Notes under the pieces: generated by a model
The model's input: only the letters and a program-made list of their open reading frames with translations
What the model was told of the DNA's origin: nothing
Database searches by the model: none
Assembly: GCA_052033935.1 (NCBI GenBank)
Contig: JBPOJE010000011.1
Span: 139,814-203,813 of the forward strand
Origin: Armatimonadota bacterium
GTDB taxonomy: Bacteria > Armatimonadota > UBA5829 > DSUL01
Direction: 5' to 3'
DNA: 64,000 nt
In this document: one piece after another, positions 57,307 through 64,000 of the stretch
How positions within the stretch are numbered: position 1 is the stretch's first letter
Layout: the number at the start of each line of letters is the position of its first letter
Made by a program: the position numbers and the translations under genes

Positions 57307-58281
57307 ATGAGAACTCTGATTGCAGCAACGGCGGCGCTGGCTGTCGCCGCCATTCTTTCGACCGCCGCCACAAACGAAGACAAGACACCAAAGCCCAGGA
57401 TGAAGACCCAGGACATTCACATCCGCGACCCGTTCATCCTTCCCGTTCGCAAGGAGAAGCAATACTATATGTATGGGACGACCGCCATGGTGCGCCCGCA
57501 CGGCGGCTTCGCCACCTACGTCAGCTCGGACCTGAAGGAATGGGAGGGGCCGATTGACGTCTTCGTGCCCTACGAGGGGTTCTGGGGCGACAGGACGTTC
57601 TGGGCGGCGGAGGCGCACTACCACCGGGGACGCTACTATCTCTTCGCGACCTTCGGCGCGGAGAAGGTGCTGCGCGCCACGCAGATTCTGGTGTCGGACA
57701 GCCCGCGCGGGCCGTTCAAGCCTCTCACCGACCGGCCGATCACCCCGTTCGGCTGGCAGTGCCTGGACGGGACGCTATTTGTTGACGACGAAAAGACGCA
57801 GTGGATCGTGTTCTGCCGCGAATGGGAGCAGGTCGGCGACGGCCAGATCTGCGCCATGCCGCTCACGAAAGACCTGAAGTACGCGGCAGGCGACCCGGTG
57901 GTGCTCTTCCGTGCCTCCGAGGCACCCTGGATCGCTAAGGTTCCGTGGAAGAAGGAAGAAGAAGGCAGGAACTACATCACCGACGGCCCCTGCCTGCACA
58001 GGACCAAGACGGGCAAACTGCTGATGCTCTGGTCGAGTTTCGACAAGAAGAACTACGTTCAGGCGCTCGCCATCTCGGAGTCCGGCAAGATCACCGGCCC
58101 CTGGAAGCAAGACCCGAAGCTGGTGTACAGCAAAGACGGCGGGCACGGGATGCTGTTCGAGACCTTCGACGGCAGGCTGATGCTGGCGCTTCACACCCCG
58201 AATGGCGGCGGCAAGGAGCGGGCGGTATTCTTCCCCGTTTTGGAGAAGTCCGACCGGATCGAGATAGCGCCCGAACCCTGA
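57307..58281 (+). CDS. Glycoside hydrolase family 43
   Basis: Signal peptide. DPFILPVRKEKQYYMYGT and the five-bladed propeller pattern. Confidence 0.9.
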   Translation: MRTLIAATAALAVAAILSTAATNEDKTPKPRMKTQDIHIRDPFILPVRKEKQYYMYGTTAMVRPHGGFATYVSSDLKEWEGPIDVFVPYEGFWGDRTFWAAEAHYHRGRYYLFATFGAEKVLRATQILVSDSPRGPFKPLTDRPITPFGWQCLDGTLFVDDEKTQWIVFCREWEQVGDGQICAMPLTKDLKYAAGDPVVLFRASEAPWIAKVPWKKEEEGRNYITDGPCLHRTKTGKLLMLWSSFDKKNYVQALAISESGKITGPWKQDPKLVYSKDGGHGMLFETFDGRLMLALHTPNGGGKERAVFFPVLEKSDRIEIAPEP

Positions 58282-58294
58282 AGCGGGCGAACGC

Positions 58295-60220
58295 CTAGAA
58301 CTTGATCTCCGGCTTGCTCATCGGCTTGTGACACCCGTTGCACATGTCGGCGGTGTGACAGAGCGCGCATGAATGCTGGTTGTCCTTGGCCTCTTTCGCA
58401 TGCCCCATCAAATAGGCATCGTTATGGTTCGAGGGCTTAATGCCGCCGGTCGAGTGGCACTTCGTGCAGTCGGGACGAGCATGGCAGTAGGCGCAGTTCG
58501 ACTTGCCCGACGCCGCCGACTTGCCGTGCACCGCCAGCCATGTTGCGCCGTGCGACGGCGGCTTCTTCGTCTTGTGGCAATCGTCGCAGAACTTGCTGGA
58601 GGTGTGGCAGGTCGCGCAACTCTGCCTAGCGGCGCTGCCGTGCGTTGTCAGGAAGTCCTTCGCCTTGTGCGACGCGGGCCTTGCGCTCGTATGGCAGGCC
58701 TGGCAGTAGCGCTCCTGGTGACACCTGAGGCATGAGGCCTTGTTCTTCCGCGCATCTTTTCCATGCCCCTGGGCGGCCCATCCGGACGCGTTGTGAGTGG
58801 CCGGACGCGAGCCCTTGTGGCAGTCATCGCAGTACTTCTGCGAATGGCACTTCGTGCAGAGCCGCGGCGTTCGTCCCGGCGTAATGTGGGCCTTGCGATA
58901 GTTGGACGGATGTGGCATCTGCATGCCGTGGCAGTCTGAACACTGCCTGGCCGTGTGGCAGGTGAGACAGCGCTCCTGCGCGGCCAGCGATACCGGCCCG
59001 TGCCGCCGGGTCCAGTCGGTCTTGTGCGACCGCGGGGCGGCTTTCTGATGGCAGGTGTTGCAGAACTGCTGCTTGTGGCAGGTCTGGCACTGCGAAGACA
59101 CGGCCTTCCCGTGCGCCCGCTCCCAGTCTAATGCTTTGTGATTCTCCGGCTCCTGATTGTTGTGGCAGGACTCGCAGAACTTGAGCGTGTGGCAGGTCTG
59201 GCATCGGGCGATGTCTTTGCCAGCGGTCCTGGCATGCGTTTTGCCCCAACCCGGCGGGTGCGGCTGATTGGTCTTGTGGCAGCCGGTGCAGAACTGCTGC
59301 TTGTGGCAGGCGCGGCAGGATGCTTCTCCCTTGCTCGCAACGTCCGTACCGTGCTTCTCCCTGTAGCCCGGCGGATGCACCTTCTCTTTGCTGTGGCATC
59401 TGGCGCAGGTATTGTTCTTCAGACCGCCGGGATGGCAGAGTTCACAGCCCTTGGGGTTGCGCTTCTGCTCGGCGGCGTGCACGTCTATGAAGGACGGCTC
59501 GTGCGGGTTGACGGTCTTGTGGCAGTTCTCGCAGTAGCTGGCCTGATGGCAGCGCAGGCACTCTTCGGGCTTCTTGCCAACCTCCGCCTTGTGCCCTTCC
59601 TTCCACTCTTTGCTGAAGGCCGCCGGCTTTCGCCCTTTCAGCACCTCGTGGCAAAGCGAGCAGTCGTTCGGCGCCTGCTTGCCGTCGTGACAGGTGGTGC
59701 ACATTGCCATCGTGGGGACGTTGATGGCCGCCGCGTCCGGGCCATGCACAACCCCCTTGTGGCAATACGCGCAGGGGATGTTGCGGTCCCAGTGCTTTTG
59801 ATGGCTAATTTTGATGCCGTGATAAACAACCCATTCGCGTGTTGTCTTGTGGCACGCGCGGCAGTTCGCGTCGGGAACGCTGGCCTGAATGGCGTCGTTC
59901 TTCGCGCGAGCGGCGTGCCGGGCAATAATCCGCGCCGAGCCAAGTCTCGTCCGGAAGAAGCGCTGGCTAGCGGGAGCCACGTGGCAACCACCGCACGAGA
60001 CGTCCTTATGCCCGGAGACCTTCCACATGGCGTAGGCGGCGTCCTTGTCGTGGCAGGCCGCGCAGGTGCGCATCTGAACCGCCGGGGCAACCGCAAGCGC
60101 GGCAACCGCGGCGAGGACGGCAAAGAGCAGGACGCAACCGAGCGGCAGGCTCCGGCCCTTCCACGGAAGCAGAATGCGCGCGCCTCTCCATTTCAGCGGG
60201 TTCAGGCAGCCGGGCTTCAC
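58295..60220 (-). CDS. Periplasmic multiheme cytochrome c with 28 CxxCH motifs (doubled-CxxCH repeats)
   Basis: 28 CxxCH sites counted by eye, mostly as CxxCHxxx(F/Y)CxxCH pairs. GTG start overlapping the upstream stop (GTGA). Signal peptide. Confidence 0.9.
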   Translation of the reverse strand: MKPGCLNPLKWRGARILLPWKGRSLPLGCVLLFAVLAAVAALAVAPAVQMRTCAACHDKDAAYAMWKVSGHKDVSCGGCHVAPASQRFFRTRLGSARIIARHAARAKNDAIQASVPDANCRACHKTTREWVVYHGIKISHQKHWDRNIPCAYCHKGVVHGPDAAAINVPTMAMCTTCHDGKQAPNDCSLCHEVLKGRKPAAFSKEWKEGHKAEVGKKPEECLRCHQASYCENCHKTVNPHEPSFIDVHAAEQKRNPKGCELCHPGGLKNNTCARCHSKEKVHPPGYREKHGTDVASKGEASCRACHKQQFCTGCHKTNQPHPPGWGKTHARTAGKDIARCQTCHTLKFCESCHNNQEPENHKALDWERAHGKAVSSQCQTCHKQQFCNTCHQKAAPRSHKTDWTRRHGPVSLAAQERCLTCHTARQCSDCHGMQMPHPSNYRKAHITPGRTPRLCTKCHSQKYCDDCHKGSRPATHNASGWAAQGHGKDARKNKASCLRCHQERYCQACHTSARPASHKAKDFLTTHGSAARQSCATCHTSSKFCDDCHKTKKPPSHGATWLAVHGKSAASGKSNCAYCHARPDCTKCHSTGGIKPSNHNDAYLMGHAKEAKDNQHSCALCHTADMCNGCHKPMSKPEIKF

Positions 60221-62277
60221 TTCGACTTACCGCCTTTGCCCGGTTTCTTCCGCGGCCCGGGCGGCGCGGGGGGTTCCTTGACCGATTCGGGGTTTTCAGC
60301 CTCCGCGGCGGATTCCTCCGGCGGAGCGGCGGCCTTGTCGCGCGCCGCAGCCCTCGACGAGAGTTCGCCCGCCAGCCGCTCGTACTCCAGACGGTGCTCG
60401 TGGCGCATCTCGCCGAGCGTGACCGATCCGTTCAGGAACACGCGGCTCATGGGGAAGCTCCCCGGCTTCAGGTGCACATGGTAGAAGTGCCAGACCACGA
60501 TCGCCAGAAACGCGAGCAGGGCTTCGTACCCGTGCACGATCTCGCAGATATCCAGACCCCATTTGGGGATGAAACGCAGCGCCACCTCCGGCAACCAGAG
60601 CGCGAACCCCGTGATGATCATCACCACCGACCCCCAGCCCATCGCGAGGTACTCGAACTTCTCGATAAGGTTGAAGCGGCCGAACCCTGGCATCTCCATC
60701 GCAAAACCGAAGTAGTACTTCAGCATCCCGAACGCACGCGGGATGTCGCGCGGCTTCGGAAGCATGTGCAGGAAGTCCTCGCGCCCACGCCGTGTGAACA
60801 CCGTCCACGCAACGTGCCATACGCAGACCAGTATCAGCAGAATAGCCATCACGCGGTGGATGTTCCCGCGCAGCGTAACGCCCCCGAACGCGCGCACCAG
60901 CCAGTCGGCTCCCGGCGCATCGGGGTAGCGGACTGGAAATCCGGTGAGAACCAGCATCGTGAACGAGAAGATCAGCACGCCGTGCTGCCGGAGCTGACTC
61001 GTGGAGAAGCGCCTGATCTTCACCGAGTCGAACGGACTCGCATCACCGTATCCATGAACATTCCAGCCCCGCCGCCCGTGTTGAACGAGGTCGCAGATGA
61101 TCAGCACGACGAAGCCCAGCATGAGCGCCCCGATGAACAGGGAGTACAGCTTCGCGACCCAGAACTGAACGGCGTCGCGCGTAGGCGAGGGCATCAGGTG
61201 AATGGAGCCGCGCGCGACGTTCGCCCCTGCGCCCGGATGGCAATCCGTGCTGCCGCAGGTCGCCGGCAGGTTGGCGGGATGCACGGACGAAGCGGGGTCG
61301 GACGACGGCAGCACAAGATGCGCGTTGTGGCAGCTTGCGCAACTGGCGGCTTTCACCTCGCCGAACCGGTTCGCAACCCCGTGATAGCTGTCTTTGTAGG
61401 AGGAGATGCGTCCCGCGGCAAGGTTGTAGCGATCTATGAGGGTCTTGTCAGCGTGACATCCGGCGCAGGTCTCGGTGACGCGGGCGCCCGAGGTTTTGGA
61501 GCCAGCTGCCGATGCTCGCTGGATGTTGTGCTCGCCGTGGCAGTCCGTGCACGACGGGGCATCGGTGATGCCCTCCGCCAGAGCCTTGCCGTGCGTGCTC
61601 TTCTGGTAGTCCTGATATTCCTTGGCATGACAGGCGCCGCAGACAGCCGGGACATTCGTCTTGCTGATCCGGGATGCCGGGTCGCTAGACGGCAGTATGG
61701 AATGATCGCCATGGCAGTCCGTGCAGACCGCCGCCACCAGCCCGGGGCGCTTCGGATCTACCTGCCCGTGCACGCTATGGCGGTATTCCACCACCTGCCT
61801 GTCGCCGAGCGCCTTCGCCGCCGCGCCTTTCGCGCCGTGGCAGGCCACGCACGTCTGCACGACGTTGGCGCGGTTCACGAGCGATCCGGGGGCGTCAGGC
61901 CTGCGGACATCGTGGCTGCCGTGGCACCCGGCGCAGCCGGGCAGCAGATCCGCCAGAGCGTCCGGGCCGCCATGCCCCACAGGTTTTGCCGGGCGCGCGC
62001 CTCTAAGCGGCTGCGGGCCATGGCACCGCGCGCAGTTCACCTTCGGGGCGGGATGATCGTGCGGCACAGCCTGCTCGGGCAGGGTGGCATGGCAGTCGCG
62101 GCACATAAGCGCGGGGTGCACGGACGCGGAGAGGCTCTGCGTGGTGATCCGCGCCTTGCCCATGGAGGGAGCCGAATGGCACGCCTGGCAGGCGGGGGTG
62201 GCGTGCGCGGGCGCCGCCAGCGCGGTAAGCGCCAGGCCGAGCAGAGTATATGTGAAAACCCGAATGCCGTGGATCAT
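60217..62277 (-). CDS. CbcL-like fusion: periplasmic multiheme cytochrome c (about 11 heme sites) fused to a membrane di-heme cytochrome b (FdnI/HydC-type) domain
   Basis: Ten CxxCH motifs plus one CxxxxCH in the N-terminal half. The C-terminal half has about five TM helices with conserved His (HGVLIFS, HRVMAILL, HGYEALLAFLAIVVWHFYHVH), typical of the Ni/Fe-hydrogenase b-type cytochrome subunit family. Confidence 0.85.
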   Translation of the reverse strand: MIHGIRVFTYTLLGLALTALAAPAHATPACQACHSAPSMGKARITTQSLSASVHPALMCRDCHATLPEQAVPHDHPAPKVNCARCHGPQPLRGARPAKPVGHGGPDALADLLPGCAGCHGSHDVRRPDAPGSLVNRANVVQTCVACHGAKGAAAKALGDRQVVEYRHSVHGQVDPKRPGLVAAVCTDCHGDHSILPSSDPASRISKTNVPAVCGACHAKEYQDYQKSTHGKALAEGITDAPSCTDCHGEHNIQRASAAGSKTSGARVTETCAGCHADKTLIDRYNLAAGRISSYKDSYHGVANRFGEVKAASCASCHNAHLVLPSSDPASSVHPANLPATCGSTDCHPGAGANVARGSIHLMPSPTRDAVQFWVAKLYSLFIGALMLGFVVLIICDLVQHGRRGWNVHGYGDASPFDSVKIRRFSTSQLRQHGVLIFSFTMLVLTGFPVRYPDAPGADWLVRAFGGVTLRGNIHRVMAILLILVCVWHVAWTVFTRRGREDFLHMLPKPRDIPRAFGMLKYYFGFAMEMPGFGRFNLIEKFEYLAMGWGSVVMIITGFALWLPEVALRFIPKWGLDICEIVHGYEALLAFLAIVVWHFYHVHLKPGSFPMSRVFLNGSVTLGEMRHEHRLEYERLAGELSSRAAARDKAAAPPEESAAEAENPESVKEPPAPPGPRKKPGKGGKSK

Positions 62278-62570
62278 GCGTCAGAAAACGTCCGGGGCCT
62301 CGTGTGGGACGATCGTACAAGCAGTCCTGAGACACACTACCCCACAGGGTCTTCGGCACCGGACGCGCGAATCCTCTCCCCCTGCCGCTGATATTGAAAA
62401 GATAATGCTAAAACAGAGGCCGCCGCGCAACACGGCAAAACCTGTGAGACAGCCCGGCCGCCTTCACGGGATGGCGGAGCGACGGCATTGCGGCGCTTTC
62501 TGCCGCTTCCGTCCGCCGCACCCCGGCGATGCGATAGTCCCTCAGGTAGTGCCTCCCGTTGTCAGCCGCT

Positions 62571-63272
62571 TCAACGGTTCTTTCGCTGCCCGGAGGCGCC
62601 CTTGCCGGGCACCCTGGCGGGCTGCACGTCCGGCAGCCCAGTGTTGATTTTGTAGTTCGTAAACGAAAGCTCCGCCCGGCCGCTGCTGGCGGATGCCTTA
62701 CCCCCCTGCCGGGACAGCGTTTCGGGCGCGCCCTTGAATGTTACCGTGGTTCTGGCGGGAAGCCAGTACTTGTTCTGCAGCCTGCGGAAGGCGAACACCG
62801 TGGTCACGGCCCATCCCTCCTCGCTCGTACCCGTGAACCCGAGCGGCAGGGCGAGCGCAGTGTCCACAAACAGGCGCAAGCCAACATCCGCCGCAGGGAC
62901 GTCCTTTTTGGCTCGAAGGGCGTATTTCGCGCAACTCTTCCCCTGAAAAGACGCCGCACCGAGCGGCTCGAAATCGTAGCTGGCCATCATCTCCTCAACG
63001 GGATTCCCGAGGTAGAGGCCTTCTTCTGGAAGCAGCGCGAATCCCTCCTTGGCCGCCACATGCACCCGGTTTGTATGCTTGTAGTAGAGGGTCATGCGCA
63101 TATTGCTGACGGCGATCTGCTGCAGGGTGGCGTTCAGCGTGACGTCGCAGGTGTAATCTTGCACCTCGGCGAGCCGGGCTTTCATGCGGTTCAGAAGCTG
63201 ACCGGCGCCGCAGGGCGCGGCGGCAACAAGCGCCAGGGCAAGGATCAGGGGCAGCCGCATCCGGGCCTTCAT
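62571..63272 (-). CDS. LolA-like / outer-membrane lipoprotein-sorting-like periplasmic protein
   Basis: Signal peptide MKARMRLPLILALALVAAAPCGA. The ATG overlaps the upstream stop (ATGA). The listed 423-aa ORF is an artefact extending through the disrupted permease region. Confidence 0.65.
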   Translation of the reverse strand: MKARMRLPLILALALVAAAPCGAGQLLNRMKARLAEVQDYTCDVTLNATLQQIAVSNMRMTLYYKHTNRVHVAAKEGFALLPEEGLYLGNPVEEMMASYDFEPLGAASFQGKSCAKYALRAKKDVPAADVGLRLFVDTALALPLGFTGTSEEGWAVTTVFAFRRLQNKYWLPARTTVTFKGAPETLSRQGGKASASSGRAELSFTNYKINTGLPDVQPARVPGKGASGQRKNR

Positions 63273-64000
63273 GTGAGAATGTCCTTTCTGACGAACACGA
63301 ACGACGCGATGGCAAAACAGGCGGCGCAGTAGATGAGCAGCGTGCCAGCGCCCCGGACGAAGACCTGCGGGGCGAGCGGGATGTCGAACGCCCGCTGACA
63401 GAGGCCGGCATACGATGTGAAGAGATAAGGCTTCGCAGCGTGGAAATACGGTATCTCGCCCATGGAACCGAACAGCAGCAGGCAGATCATCGTCGCGCCG
63501 ACGGGGAAGAGCGAGCTGGTAACGAAGACAGAGAACAGGAACGCAAGCGACGCGACGGACAGCAGGTACACAGCCGCCAATGCGTAGGCGATGAGCAGGC
63601 GCTGGATGCCTTCCGCCATGCCGAAGTACTTGATGCCGTCCCCGTAGCTGACCAGCCCACCCTACCCGAAGACAGCCCACCCTAGCAGATAGGCCGAAAC
63701 CGCGAGGAATACGGGCAGACACACCGCGTAAGTCAGCGCCGCCAGATACTTGGCGGAAGCGGTCAACCGGGCGCGCAAGCAACGTTCTCAGCGTTCCTCC
63801 GGCGGCTTCGCCCGATATCTGGTCGCCTGCGACGAGGCTCACAAACAGAGGCAGAAAAGAAACACCGTAGGGGGCAGCACGGCCTGCGCTATGAACGAGG
63901 CATTGACGGGAGAGCCGATGACGCTGATGTTCCCGGCGCCGATGAAGCCGGTAAAATCCCCTTCGATGCCGCCATACTTCAGCCCGATAACAGTGGGGAC
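63269..64000 (-). pseudogene. ABC-2 family permease, disrupted (at least two frame changes and an in-frame TAG); extends past the window end
   Basis: Three different frames each carry permease sequence. One gives SLVAGDQISGEAAGGTLRTLLARPVDR, the ABC-2 GE.E.GTLE.LL..P..R motif, at 63690-63840. A second gives RLTASAKYLAALTYAVCLPVFLAVSAYLLGWAVFG then TAG (~63662) then GGLVSYGDGIKYFGMAEGIQ...VRKDILT*. A 12-nt direct repeat tagggtgggctg brackets the TAG. Confidence 0.6.

Noticed and set aside
62571-63842. 423-aa ORF as a single gene
   Set aside because: Its N-terminal 190 aa are Arg/Gly-rich translation of the disrupted permease region in the wrong frame. The real gene starts at the signal peptide MKARMRLPL (63272) with ATGA coupling.
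1-64000. tRNA, rRNA and CRISPR arrays
   Set aside because: No GTTCGAATCC-type T-arm contexts or cloverleaf candidates seen in intergenic DNA. No rRNA-like stretches. No regularly spaced direct repeats with unique spacers.

Overview
The window is a 64-kb, visibly GC-rich (about two-thirds G+C by eye) bacterial chromosomal segment. The gene content suggests a PVC-superphylum or Armatimonadota-like organism: three DUF1559 (H-X9-DG) pseudopilin-like proteins, a PEP-CTERM protein, and many large secreted beta-helix, NHL, Fn3 and BNR proteins plus glycoside hydrolases (GH43, clan GH-A, pectate-lyase fold). About 50 protein genes are supportable. Housekeeping genes are valS, serS, panD, rplY/ctc, clpS, queG, an HtrA protease, acylphosphatase, a YbjQ-family protein, an LCP protein, an ABC-2 exporter pair, and an amino-sugar nucleotide cluster (two NDP-sugar pyrophosphorylases, a DegT aminotransferase, a Gfo/Idh/MocA oxidoreductase). 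There is also a CbcL-like multiheme cytochrome c fused to cytochrome b, followed by a 28-heme cytochrome. The features of most interest are: (i) a cobalamin-riboswitch-like leader with its own sigma70-like promoter in front of an operon of DUF1559 pseudopilin, a secreted protein and a PEP-CTERM protein; (ii) a conserved uncharacterised two-part C-terminal module in four secreted paralogs, one of which is only signal peptide plus module; (iii) a ~170-nt structured intergenic repeat in three copies, two flanking the riboswitch operon and one beside a REP-flanked RAYT (Y1/HUH) transposase; (iv) a ~0.7-kb segmental duplication carrying a truncated pyrophosphorylase copy, with a low-GC membrane-protein gene where the RAYT sits in the paralogous locus; (v) a consensus minus-strand promoter with a terminator-rich leader upstream of HNH-thuA-valS. 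Frameshifts, internal stops and truncations are unusually frequent (at least seven genes), including two caused by short tandem duplications, which indicates either gene decay or indel-prone assembly. No rRNA, tRNA or CRISPR features were found. Manual coordinates may be off by 1-2 nt.
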